A DNA stretch of 29,424 bases from a virus (lineage: Duplodnaviria > Caudoviricetes), in IMG/VR virus record IMGVR_UViG_3300034118_002091, positions 1 through 29,424 of that record. One strand, 5' to 3'. The translations under genes were made by a program, and so were the position numbers. Below the pieces are notes generated by a model that saw only the letters and a list, made by a program, of their open reading frames with translations, was not told where the DNA came from and ran no database searches. This document shows, one piece after another, positions 15,756-25,230 of this stretch. The stretch's first letter is position 1. Every line of letters begins with the position of its first letter.

Positions 15756-16222
15756 TGGGCGTCGTTGTGGAGGGCCTCGAGGAGCTCCGAGCGGACATCG
15801 CGGAGGCCGCGGCGATGGCGGCCGACCCGCGTCCGGCGCTCGAGGAGTGGGCCGCGGACCTTGAGGCGCTGGTCGACCGCGCCTTCGCGTCGCAGACCAC
15901 ACCCGAGGGTCGTCCGTGGGCGCCGAGGCGCATGACGACGCGCTCTCGCGTCGGCGGACCCGAGCATCCGCGTCGACGTGTGCCCGGACGACCTCTCGGC
16001 GTCGACTCGGGCGCAATGCGAGCGTCGATCGACGTTCAGGTCGCGCCGCGCGCGGTCGTGCTTGACGTGGGCGCCCAGCACGCGTCGTTCTTCACGCGCG
16101 GCACGCGCTACCAGCCCGCCCGACCGTTCGTTCCGACGGCCGACGAGGGCGCGAGCGCGTCGGCGCTCGACGATCTCGCCGAGACGCTGGCCGACTACGC
16201 CACGGAGGCGCTCCGTGGCTGA
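15755..16222 (+). CDS. Virion morphogenesis / tail completion protein, Mu G-like
   Basis: F..QT.PEG.PWAP, DSG.MR.SI, GT...PARPF+; TGATG coupling. Confidence 0.85.
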   Translation: MGVVVEGLEELRADIAEAAAMAADPRPALEEWAADLEALVDRAFASQTTPEGRPWAPRRMTTRSRVGGPEHPRRRVPGRPLGVDSGAMRASIDVQVAPRAVVLDVGAQHASFFTRGTRYQPARPFVPTADEGASASALDDLAETLADYATEALRG

Positions 16223-16730
16223 CTTCGCGCCCGCCATCACCGCGATCCGCGAGGCGCTGCTCGGCATCGTGGGCGCCGTGCGCGCTGTGGACGAAGGCGA
16301 CCTCGTGGAAGGCGCCTACGAGCACACGCCCGAGCACGAAGCGGCGCGCGCGCTGCGCGGCCCGTCGTTCGAGGTCGAGATTACGAGCGCGAGCCGCGCG
16401 AAGGACCACCCCGGCGAGCACTCGAACGCCGTCCTCCTCGATCTCACGGTGCAGGTCCGCACCGTGTGGGGCACGGAGCACGAGCTCCTCGACGACGAGC
16501 GCGCCCGAGCGCGCGCCGAGGCGCTCGGCCTCCTCGAGAAGAGCCGCGCCGCGCTCATGCGCGCCGGCAATCTCACCTCGACGAGCGCCGACGAGGCGAC
16601 CGGGCTCGTCTCGGGGTGCCTCCACCGACTGCTCGAGCACCGACTCGAGCGCGCGGACTGGCGAGGGCGTCGGCTCTCGTACGTGAGCCGCTACACGACC
16701 GTCTACCAGGCCACGCAGACCGCAGGGTGA
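16215..16730 (+). CDS. Putative tail terminator / neck protein
   Basis: GGAGG RBS, 171 aa, directly before the major tail gene; function from position. Confidence 0.6.
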   Translation: MADFAPAITAIREALLGIVGAVRAVDEGDLVEGAYEHTPEHEAARALRGPSFEVEITSASRAKDHPGEHSNAVLLDLTVQVRTVWGTEHELLDDERARARAEALGLLEKSRAALMRAGNLTSTSADEATGLVSGCLHRLLEHRLERADWRGRRLSYVSRYTTVYQATQTAG

Positions 16731-16733
16731 CCC

Positions 16734-17993
16734 ATGAGCTACGAGATCAACACGCTCCGCTCCCTCCTCGCCTACGTCGAGCCCGCGGGCTCGTACGCGC
16801 TCGACAACAGCGGCACGATCGGTGACTTCCTCGCGGTCCCGATCACCGAGGGATTCATGTCGAGCGCGCCCATGCGCGACATGCTCGATCCGATGCTCTC
16901 TCAGGCGCGCCTCGACGGACGCGCTGAGCGCGTGATCGGCAAGCGATCCGCCGCGATGCAGCTCGCGATGCTCCTCGCGTCGCACGGCGTCGACATGGTG
17001 GGCAACGAGACGCAGCCGGCGTCGACCACGTGGGCTCTCCGGCGCCTGCTCACGGCGACGATGGGCGGCGTGTCGCTCACGGGCACCGAGGCCGCCGCGA
17101 CGACGGTGCAGGCCGGCACGAGCACGAGCGTCGTCAACGTCTCGACCGGCCACGGCGATCGGTGGATCGGGAACAGGGTCATCGCGTGCCAGACGGTGAG
17201 CGGATCGACCGCGCTCGAGGCGCGCGAGGTACTCTCGGTGTCGGGCGACGCGGTTACCGTGAAAGAGGCCTTCTCGGCGACCCCCGTGACCGGCACGCAG
17301 GTGCGCGGCGGCGTGACGTTCCACCCGACCGAGGACCCCGACACGTCGCTCCAGTTCATCGCGCAGGGCCGCGAGACCGCCGATCACTTCCTCATGCGCG
17401 GGATGCAGGGTGGCTTTCAGATCGAAGCCAAGCCCGGCCAGCTCGCGAAGATCACCTTCGACCTCAAGGGCGCCGCGACGACGAAGCTCTCGGATCACTC
17501 CGGCATCACGGTCCCGAGCTTCTCCAACTGGTCGCCGGTCGCCGTCGTTGCGAGCGAGCTCACCGTGCCCACGGTCGGCAGCACGACGCGCGCGTGGGTC
17601 GCCGCGAGCGACATCTCGCTCACGCTCGGCCTCGCGTACGAGCCCGTCACCGGCTACTCGCTCACGGGCGAGACGATCATCCGCATGCGCCGACAGCGCC
17701 CGCGCGACGGCGTGCTCGCGCGGTTGACGTTCACGGCGCCGCTCGAGGACTCGACCTGGATCGACCACCGCGACAACCGCACCGACCTTGCGGCCTTCTG
17801 GCAGATCGGCTCGGCAGGCGGCGGCGGGTGGCTCATCTCGATCCCGACGTGCCAGGTCACCGACGTGCGCCTCGGGCCGAGCGCGTCGGGCCTCTCCGGC
17901 CAGATCGTGACGCTCGAGGGCCGCCTCGACGCGTCGGCCGCAGCTTCGACGACGGAGCTCTCGTACGCGGCGCTTCGCCTCCACGCCTTCTGA
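16734..17993 (+). CDS. Major tail tube protein with an inserted beta domain
   Basis: Thr/Ser/Gly-rich beta protein; L...E...Y, G+..GFQIEA.PGQLAKITFDLKG; precedes chaperone and tape measure; no sheath gene. Confidence 0.78.
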   Translation: MSYEINTLRSLLAYVEPAGSYALDNSGTIGDFLAVPITEGFMSSAPMRDMLDPMLSQARLDGRAERVIGKRSAAMQLAMLLASHGVDMVGNETQPASTTWALRRLLTATMGGVSLTGTEAAATTVQAGTSTSVVNVSTGHGDRWIGNRVIACQTVSGSTALEAREVLSVSGDAVTVKEAFSATPVTGTQVRGGVTFHPTEDPDTSLQFIAQGRETADHFLMRGMQGGFQIEAKPGQLAKITFDLKGAATTKLSDHSGITVPSFSNWSPVAVVASELTVPTVGSTTRAWVAASDISLTLGLAYEPVTGYSLTGETIIRMRRQRPRDGVLARLTFTAPLEDSTWIDHRDNRTDLAAFWQIGSAGGGGWLISIPTCQVTDVRLGPSASGLSGQIVTLEGRLDASAAASTTELSYAALRLHAF

Positions 17994-18001
17994 GGAGCCC
18001 C

Positions 18002-18523
18002 ATGGACCGCTTCATCCGACTCTACGATCCCGCGATCGACTGGACGTCCGAGACAGGCACGCCGGCCGACACGTGGCCCATCACGCGCGACGAAAGCAAG
18101 CTCGTCTTGCTCCCCGGCCGCACGCCGGTCGTGTTCCACTCGGTGCGCTTGAGCCGCAAGGCCTACGCGTGGGCCATGTCGGCGCCCGACGAGCACGAGC
18201 GGTGCTTCCGCGCCTTCCGTGCCGGCGTGCGACGCGTGGACCTCGCCTCGGGCCCGTGGACGCCCGCGGGCACCGAGACGCGCGACTTCTTGGCGATGAC
18301 CGAGGCCGAGGCCGACACGTTCGGGATCGCCGACCACCAGGAGATCGGGGGGCTCGTGCTCGAGCGCGCGATCCTCCCTACCGACTGCGGGGGAGGCTAC
18401 TCGGTGCGGCCTTCCTCGCGTCTCGTGTGGGCCGCCCAGCAGCTCAGCTCCCTCTCTGCGGTGCAGAGCCGGGGCGAGCGTGCGCCGACGCCGAGGGAGC
18501 CCGCGGCACCCTCGGAGGGCTGA
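18002..18523 (+). CDS. Putative tail assembly chaperone (lambda G position)
   Basis: GAGGAG RBS; between tail tube and tape measure. Confidence 0.7.
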   Translation: MDRFIRLYDPAIDWTSETGTPADTWPITRDESKLVLLPGRTPVVFHSVRLSRKAYAWAMSAPDEHERCFRAFRAGVRRVDLASGPWTPAGTETRDFLAMTEAEADTFGIADHQEIGGLVLERAILPTDCGGGYSVRPSSRLVWAAQQLSSLSAVQSRGERAPTPREPAAPSEG

Positions 18524-18900
18524 GCGAGGATGCGCGCCGCGCTCGCCACACGCTCCGGCAGGCCTACCGCTGCGGATGCGAGGGCGAGCGGTGGCCAGAG
18601 GGCCGCACGCAAGGGCCCGTGGTGGGCGCGAGCGCGCTCGGGGCTCTGGCTGCGGTCCGGCAGGTCTGCGGCGGCGAGCCGCCCGAGTGTCCGTGGAGGT
18701 CGTGGAGCGATCCGGAGGTAGCTGCGGTGATCGACGCGTGGAGCGCATACGAGAGGCACCAGCTCGCGGCAGTGGCCGGCGATGACCCGCCGCACTGGCT
18801 CGTCGAGGCCGTGCTCGTGTTCGACCGCGCGATCGGCGCGGCGCGCGCCGACGTGTCGGAGATGGAGCGACGAGCCCGCGAGGTGACCCGTGGCCGGTGA
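18460..18900 (+). CDS. Putative frameshift-expressed tail chaperone extension (lambda T position); 5' boundary approximate
   Basis: The -1 frame relative to 18002..18523 is open from 18073 to 18900; protein-like C-terminus (CPWRSWSDPEV...PHWLVEAVLVFD); no convincing own start or RBS. Confidence 0.55.
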   Translation, partial: GAEPGRACADAEGARGTLGGLSEDARRARHTLRQAYRCGCEGERWPEGRTQGPVVGASALGALAAVRQVCGGEPPECPWRSWSDPEVAAVIDAWSAYERHQLAAVAGDDPPHWLVEAVLVFDRAIGAARADVSEMERRAREVTRGR

Positions 18901-20407
18901 GATTCAGCGGCGCGTCCGCATCGTCTACGAGGTCGAGGGCGTCGAGGACGCCGCGGAAGCGCAGGCGGCCTTCGGTGATGCAGCGGAAGAGGCGGGCCGG
19001 AAGCTCGCGTCGCAGGGCGACGTCGCGCGCGAGTCCGAGCAGGTCTACCAGCGGCAGCAGCAAGCGCTGAGCGACCTGACCGGCGCGATGGGCGGGATCG
19101 CCTCGATGCTCGGCAGCGAATCCGAGCTCGGATCCGTGATCGGTCGCATGGCGCAGGGCGGCCAGGTCGGTCGGCAGCTGGGCGCTGCGCTTGGCGCGCT
19201 GCCGGGCCCGATTGGCCAGATGGCCGGCACGCTCGGAGCGCTCGGAGGAACCATCGTCGGGACGGCGGTTCCGGCGATCTCTGCGCTCTTCGATGCGCTG
19301 ACGCCCGTGGTGCCCGCGATCCGAGAGGTCACCGACGAGTCGCAGCGCAGCGCGCAGGCCGCGATCGAGATGGGCGACGCTTTCGCGGGCGCGGGCGACC
19401 GTATGCGCGACTTCCTCGACAGCGTCTCGACGGCGGGGCGCGCCCGCGCGCTCGCCGACACGAACGCGCAGATCACCGAGCTCGCCGACCGCATCGAGCA
19501 GATCGGCCGGTCCGGCTCTGCGATGGAGCGCCTCGATCTCCCAGGCCTGCGCGACCGACTCGCCGGCATGATGGCCGAGTCGGAGGGCGAGCGACAGCAG
19601 CTCGAGGGCGAGGGCGCCTTCGGTGGCGGTCGGCGACGCGGCGGAGGTCGCGGGCGACGCGAGAGCGCGTGGAGCAAGCTCGAGGAGCTCATGGGCCGCG
19701 CGGGCGGCGGCAACGATGCGATCGGCTTCGCCGCTGGCCTCGACCCGGTCGATGTGAGTGGTCGGCCGAGCGACTTCGACGTCCAGGTCGCCGGCCGTCA
19801 GCGTCCCGGAGGCCCGGGCAGCGGTCTCCGCGCGGCAGCTGCGGAGCGCGAGCAGATGCAGGCGCTCGAGCGGCTCCGCGACAAGCAGAAGGAGGCGCAC
19901 GAGGAGCAGATGGCGCGCATTCAGCAGCAGGTCGACGCGTGGACGTCGGCCGGCGAGCGCATCGGAGGCGTCATCGCGGGCGCGTTCAAGACGGCGATCC
20001 AGGGGCAGGAAGACTTCGGCGTCGCGGTGATCAAGGGCTTCAAGTCCATCGCGGTCGAGTTCGGCGGCCAGATGATCGCGGAGGGCGTCGGCGCGCTCTT
20101 CACCGCGATCGGCAACACGATCTTGAACCCGCCCGCCGCAGCGACGAAGGCAGCCGAGGGCGCGGGCAAGATCGCGCTCGGCGTCGGCCTCGGCGCGGCC
20201 GGCGCGGCGATCCCGGTGCCCTCCGCGGGCAGCGCGCAGGCCAAGCCTCCGCGGCTCGGGCCCGCGTCGTCCGGCGAGGGCGGCGGCGCGAGCGTCGTCT
20301 ACAACCTGAACGCGCCCGCGGTCGTCACGGGCACGCGCGCGGAGCTCGGGCGCGAGATGGCGCGCACCATCCGCCAGAGCTCGATGCGCTTCGGGAGGGC
20401 CGCATGA
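18890..20407 (+). CDS. Tape measure protein (short, 505 aa)
   Basis: GAGGTG RBS; Ala/Gly-rich helical protein with hydrophobic segments and C-terminal SVVYNLNAP. Confidence 0.85.
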   Translation: MAGEIQRRVRIVYEVEGVEDAAEAQAAFGDAAEEAGRKLASQGDVARESEQVYQRQQQALSDLTGAMGGIASMLGSESELGSVIGRMAQGGQVGRQLGAALGALPGPIGQMAGTLGALGGTIVGTAVPAISALFDALTPVVPAIREVTDESQRSAQAAIEMGDAFAGAGDRMRDFLDSVSTAGRARALADTNAQITELADRIEQIGRSGSAMERLDLPGLRDRLAGMMAESEGERQQLEGEGAFGGGRRRGGGRGRRESAWSKLEELMGRAGGGNDAIGFAAGLDPVDVSGRPSDFDVQVAGRQRPGGPGSGLRAAAAEREQMQALERLRDKQKEAHEEQMARIQQQVDAWTSAGERIGGVIAGAFKTAIQGQEDFGVAVIKGFKSIAVEFGGQMIAEGVGALFTAIGNTILNPPAAATKAAEGAGKIALGVGLGAAGAAIPVPSAGSAQAKPPRLGPASSGEGGGASVVYNLNAPAVVTGTRAELGREMARTIRQSSMRFGRAA

Positions 20408-21915
20408 TGTGGATCTCGTGGGGCTTCGACGCCGCGCGCCTCGGCGCTCTCACGTGCACGCTCACCGAGACGGGCGGCGGCGCGGCGACCGGAGCGATCT
20501 CGCTCACCGGGCAGTACGTGCACCACGTCGCACACGGCGCGTACCAGACCACCGATCCGCAGACCGGAGAGATCCGGACCACCGACAGTGGCTACGAGAA
20601 CTTCGCGCGCGCCCTCGAGGACGCTCTCAACGCGGTCGGCAACGCCGACTACCGAGTCATCTTCAATCCCGCGACTCCGAGCTACACGATCAGCGCGAGC
20701 GGCGGCAGCGTGACCGCGTTCGCGCTCACGTCAATCTCGGCGTCGATGCAGCGCGCTCTCGGGCTCGGCGTGGCGTCGCTCTCTGGAGCTCTCAGCTACC
20801 TCAATACGTCCTTCGCGCCCGGGCTGACGCGGCCGATCTGGGGATGGTCCGCGATCGACATCGGCGCATCGCAGTGGACGGAGGCCGAGGACGATATCGG
20901 CGGCGAGGACCTCATCGCGGCCGATGGCGACGTGCGCGGACTCGTGTCCTTCGGCGCGCCGAGGCGCCTGGACTTCACGGTGCCGTGGGAAGCGGCGGCA
21001 AAGATCTGGAACGAAACGACGGGCCTGCCCAACTGGACATGGCAGCGCGCCTTCGCGCGCGCGCGGACCATCGAGCCGTTCTGGATGTCTCGCGACCCGA
21101 GGCAGAGCGCGCCGAAAGTCGTCGTGGGCGTTCTTCGTCACGACTCGTGCACGCTGCGCCCGCAGCTCGCGGCGGCGGACTACCTCGGACACCAGACCAT
21201 CCCGATCGGCGCGTGGGCACTCGGCCGCACGCAGCACATCACCGAAGCCAAGCTCTCGCCGATCCTGTGGCTCGAGCACGACGCGCGCGTGACGCTCGGC
21301 ACCTCACCCGAGGTCGCGACGTGGGGCGACCTCAGCGGCAACCGAAACAACGCGGCGCAGGGCACGACGAGCCTGCGACCCGACCAGACCGCCGACGGGA
21401 TCGACTTCGATGGCGCGTCTCACTACATGCTCGTTCCGGACGCGGCGTCTCTCGATGTCACCGGGTCGATGACGATCGCCCTGCGCGTGCGCCTGGACAC
21501 GCTCGCGGGGTCGATGGGAGTCCTCGCGAAGAGCACCAACGCGGCCGGTTCGTGGTCAGTGCAGTACAGCGGCGAGCTGCGCTTGTGGTTCGGAAACCCC
21601 GGCGTGAACGGCGGTGCGGCGCCGGCCTCAGCGTTCACCGCGGGCGCGTGGCACGCGATCGTCATCGTCTACGACAAGGATCTCACGGGCAACGCGAACC
21701 GCCTCAAGATGTGGGTGAACGGCACTCAGCAGACGCTCAACTTCTTCGGCACGATCCCCGCGAGCATCGTTGCAACGTCCGACACGCTCGCGATCGGAGC
21801 GTTCAACAACGGCACGCAGCCGCTGAACGGCGCCTTCCGCGCGATCGGACAGTGGGCATCCGCCGCGACGGCCGCCGAGGTCGCGGAGATCACCTCGTAC
21901 ATGAGCGCGATGTGA
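20404..21915 (+). CDS. Distal-tail-like protein with C-terminal LamG/ConA-like lectin domain
   Basis: ATGA overlap with TMP; C-terminal LWL..D, W.DLSGN.N.A.Q, FDG, WH.+VIVYD, +WVNG, L.IGA, L.G pattern of LamG-like jelly rolls. Confidence 0.75.
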   Translation: MMWISWGFDAARLGALTCTLTETGGGAATGAISLTGQYVHHVAHGAYQTTDPQTGEIRTTDSGYENFARALEDALNAVGNADYRVIFNPATPSYTISASGGSVTAFALTSISASMQRALGLGVASLSGALSYLNTSFAPGLTRPIWGWSAIDIGASQWTEAEDDIGGEDLIAADGDVRGLVSFGAPRRLDFTVPWEAAAKIWNETTGLPNWTWQRAFARARTIEPFWMSRDPRQSAPKVVVGVLRHDSCTLRPQLAAADYLGHQTIPIGAWALGRTQHITEAKLSPILWLEHDARVTLGTSPEVATWGDLSGNRNNAAQGTTSLRPDQTADGIDFDGASHYMLVPDAASLDVTGSMTIALRVRLDTLAGSMGVLAKSTNAAGSWSVQYSGELRLWFGNPGVNGGAAPASAFTAGAWHAIVIVYDKDLTGNANRLKMWVNGTQQTLNFFGTIPASIVATSDTLAIGAFNNGTQPLNGAFRAIGQWASAATAAEVAEITSYMSAM

Positions 21916-21916
21916 C

Positions 21917-24565
21917 ATGACCCTCTCCCGCATCTCAGCGACCGGGCGCGGGCGCATCGCCGCGCGCCTCGTGATCGAGGGCCTCGAGATCGAGTTCGTC
22001 TCGGGCGGCCGGCGCATGGAGAAGACCACGAGCGACGGGCGCATCCGCGTGCGCGGGCTGCAGCTCGACGACGTCGTCATCGGCGCGTCGGCCGACCTCA
22101 TGCGCGCGACGCTCGAGGCGCAGAGCCTCACGATCAAGGTCGCGAACATGGACCGCATCGCGGGCTCGCGACACGGCCGGCCGACGCAGTACTTGACGCG
22201 CACGCCGTCCATCAAGCTGTTCCTCGCGAGCGACATCGACACGAGCGACACGACGATCGCGCTCCGCTCGACGGTCGGTCTCGACAGTGGCGGCGGCGTC
22301 GTTCACATCGGCACCGAGGCGATCGAGTACACCGCAATCTCGGGGAGCGACCTCACCGGGTGCACGCGCGGCCACTGGCAGACGCTCGCGCAGGCGCACT
22401 TCGCGCGCGACGGCGAGGGCCTGGGAGACGCGCAGGTCACCGACCGACCGCGCGCCATCGAGGGCCGCCGCGCGTACCTCTACCTCTACGGCGACGGCGA
22501 CGATCCGCAGGGCGATGGAACGCTCCGATGGAAGGGCATCGTGGCCACGGAGGCCTCGTGGTCGGCGGGAGTCGTCTCGTTCCAGCTCGACCCGCTGACG
22601 CGCCTGCTCGCGCAGCCGATCGGCGGCGATCTCGGCAGTGCCATCGGGCCGCGCGGCATCAAGTACACGAACAGCGCGCCGTTCAAGATCACGGTGATCC
22701 AGTATCCGACTGGGGCGGAAGAGAAGCGCGGAATCTTCAAGATCGATGGCTTCTACGAGACACAGGAGGACTTTGTCACCACGGTGAACGCGGGGCTCAC
22801 GCAGGCGCTCTCGAGCGCGTCGATCTCGCTCGGGACGGGCGCGATCCTCCAGGCCTACGCACGTCGCGACTCCATCGACATCGTCTACGTCACGGCGACG
22901 AGCTCGCCCGTGAACATCGGCGTGTTCATCGCAGACGGCTACATCAACGTCCTCGAGCGCCGCTCGTCGCTCGCGGGCGAGACAAGCCCCTTCGACTGGT
23001 ACCGAGACGACGGCGAGCGCGAGACGCGGATGGGCGATCGGTCGTGGTCGCCGCCCGTCACCACGCGCTACTTCTTCACGATCCCCGCGCCCGTGCCTCG
23101 CGGGACGATTGGCAAGTTCGCGGCGTGGATTCCGTACCACGTGCCATCGGATACCGGCTTCGAGAGCCTTGAGAACCTGCTCCCCCTCGGCGGCCTCGTC
23201 GCACCGACGACGTCGTCGGTGCTCGTGCCGCAGGGTGACGAGTGGGGAGAGGACCCGCGGCCCCTCCGCATCTACTCGGTGAGCGGCCGGAACGTCTACC
23301 TCCTCTCCGACCGCAACATCCGGCCCTACAACATCCGGACGAGCTTCGAGCTCGGCCGCAGCATCGCGACTGGCTCCGTCGTCGATCTGCTCACCGCGCT
23401 CATCCTCGACTCGCCCGACACGTGCAACGCGGGCGCGATGCCGCTGATCGACGGCAACGACATCATCCCGACGACCGACGTCGACGCCGCCGTGATCGCG
23501 GAGCCGCTCGCTCACGGGCGCGGCTTCTTCGCGTTCGACGGCGAGAGCACGCTCGGCGACTTCGTGGTGCCCGAGCTGCTCGCGATCGGCGCGTACCAGC
23601 GACTCGGGCTCACCGGCTCGATCGAGTGGGACCGTCTGCGCCCGCCGCTCGCCACCGATCCGGTCACGTGGACGATCACGGGCGAGAAGGACGCGGCCCT
23701 CGAGCGCGCGCCGTTCGGCACGCTGGCGCAGGTCCGCTACCTCATGGGCTACGACCCGCGCACGGGCGAATGGGAGAAGCGCACGATCACGTACCGCGAT
23801 GTGCAGACGACGAGCGCGACGCGCACGCCGATCACGCTCGAGATCGCGCAGCGGTCTACGTCGACCGGCTTCTACGCTCCGGGCGACGACTGGAACACGA
23901 TCGATCGCGACGCGCTGCGCCGCACAGCCATGGCCGCCTTCGGCTTCTTCGGCTCGCCCGTCGTCGTGTGCGTCGTGACGCTCGACGCGCGCTTCATGGA
24001 CGCGCGCATCGGTGACTCGGTGTCGATGTCGTCGGCGCTGCTCCCCGATCCCGCCGACGGCTACTCGCAGATCGCGAGCCGGCCCGGGATGATCATCTCG
24101 CACGCGCTCGAGCTCTCGTCGGGCCGGGTGACGCTCGGCGTGGTCATGCACACCGAGACGTTCGTCGCCTACAACCTGGGCATCCTGATCGCCTCGCAGA
24201 CCAACGTCAGCGGCAACACTTGGACGATCAACCTCACGCTCGCCGGCTACCTCTACGCGCCCGACGGTGGCGCGAACATCGCGACCCACCTGCGCGTCGG
24301 CGACCTCGTGCGCGTCACTCGCGCGGACACGACGAGCACCGTCGAGGTGCTCGGCACGGTCACGTCGATCACGGATGCGGACACGGTCGTAGTGAACTTC
24401 GCAACGACGTGGACGCCGAGCACGAACGAGTGGTTCCTGCGTGCGCGGGACTCCCTCAGCTACAACCGAGGTCAGAGCTTCGCGAGGTACGCGCACGTGG
24501 CCGACTCGGGGCATCGCTTGGAGTTCGCGGACGTGGCCGACGTGCCCGGATGGGTGTTTGCATGA
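21917..24565 (+). CDS. Large tail-tip (hub / central fibre-like) protein
   Basis: 882-aa beta-rich protein; IG.E.IEY......L.GC.RG...T.A.AH motif; IGD.V near C-terminus; position in tail module. Confidence 0.75.
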   Translation: MTLSRISATGRGRIAARLVIEGLEIEFVSGGRRMEKTTSDGRIRVRGLQLDDVVIGASADLMRATLEAQSLTIKVANMDRIAGSRHGRPTQYLTRTPSIKLFLASDIDTSDTTIALRSTVGLDSGGGVVHIGTEAIEYTAISGSDLTGCTRGHWQTLAQAHFARDGEGLGDAQVTDRPRAIEGRRAYLYLYGDGDDPQGDGTLRWKGIVATEASWSAGVVSFQLDPLTRLLAQPIGGDLGSAIGPRGIKYTNSAPFKITVIQYPTGAEEKRGIFKIDGFYETQEDFVTTVNAGLTQALSSASISLGTGAILQAYARRDSIDIVYVTATSSPVNIGVFIADGYINVLERRSSLAGETSPFDWYRDDGERETRMGDRSWSPPVTTRYFFTIPAPVPRGTIGKFAAWIPYHVPSDTGFESLENLLPLGGLVAPTTSSVLVPQGDEWGEDPRPLRIYSVSGRNVYLLSDRNIRPYNIRTSFELGRSIATGSVVDLLTALILDSPDTCNAGAMPLIDGNDIIPTTDVDAAVIAEPLAHGRGFFAFDGESTLGDFVVPELLAIGAYQRLGLTGSIEWDRLRPPLATDPVTWTITGEKDAALERAPFGTLAQVRYLMGYDPRTGEWEKRTITYRDVQTTSATRTPITLEIAQRSTSTGFYAPGDDWNTIDRDALRRTAMAAFGFFGSPVVVCVVTLDARFMDARIGDSVSMSSALLPDPADGYSQIASRPGMIISHALELSSGRVTLGVVMHTETFVAYNLGILIASQTNVSGNTWTINLTLAGYLYAPDGGANIATHLRVGDLVRVTRADTTSTVEVLGTVTSITDADTVVVNFATTWTPSTNEWFLRARDSLSYNRGQSFARYAHVADSGHRLEFADVADVPGWVFA

Positions 24566-25230
24566 GCTACACGAGTCCACGCGGCGGACGCCGCTTCTTC
24601 ACGGCCGCGGGCCTGGACTACACGCAGCCCGTCGAGCCGATGGTCTCGCGCGACGGACTGGCGAACAACCTCCTACACCTCGCCGACCAGGCGCATTCGA
24701 AGGTGTGGGTCAACGACATGCCGTCGAACAGCGGCCTCATCTTGGGCACGAACGCCGGAATCACCGCCAACGTGCCAAGCGCAGGCACGGGCGAGTGGTG
24801 GACGGTGCAGGTATATGGACCTTTCGATCTCTCGGTGATCGCCTACAAGGGTGAGCGGATCCCGTATCGGGTGCGGGTGAACATCAACGCGACTGCCGTG
24901 AACTGGACATGGCTGGCCAAGCTCTGTCTGCCCGACGAGACGTCTGCGCCGGATGCTGGCCTGTTTGCGTACATGCCGCCTGACGACACCATGCTGTTCG
25001 TGTCCGCGGCCGGCCCGGCCTGGCTTGCGCCGGCTCCCACAGGCGGACTCATCACCCCATCGCGCGGCCTCATCGACCGCGCGCGTCTCGCGATCCGCAC
25101 GCTCGACGGAATCGGCGGCGAAGAGGCCTACGTCTACACGACTGCCGTGTGCGTGAAGATCCTGGCCAAAGGCACCAGCACCGACACGCTCTACGGCGCT
25201 CACATCTCCGAATACCTGGTGCTCCCATGA
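24562..25230 (+). CDS. Minor tail / putative receptor-binding module protein
   Basis: ATGA overlaps at both ends; 222-aa beta-rich protein. Confidence 0.7.
   Translation: MSYTSPRGGRRFFTAAGLDYTQPVEPMVSRDGLANNLLHLADQAHSKVWVNDMPSNSGLILGTNAGITANVPSAGTGEWWTVQVYGPFDLSVIAYKGERIPYRVRVNINATAVNWTWLAKLCLPDETSAPDAGLFAYMPPDDTMLFVSAAGPAWLAPAPTGGLITPSRGLIDRARLAIRTLDGIGGEEAYVYTTAVCVKILAKGTSTDTLYGAHISEYLVLP

Noticed and set aside
16734-17993. 419-aa tail protein as a contractile sheath (myovirus, tailocin or eCIS)
   Set aside because: No separate tube, baseplate wedge or spike genes; the sequence pattern and neighbours fit a siphovirus tube
21935-24580. 881-aa minus-strand ORF and other long antisense ORFs (11610..13403, 16092..17984, 17654..19900)
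   Set aside because: Shadows of real plus-strand genes; high-GC codon bias removes antisense stops, and the products are Arg/Ala-rich with no motifs
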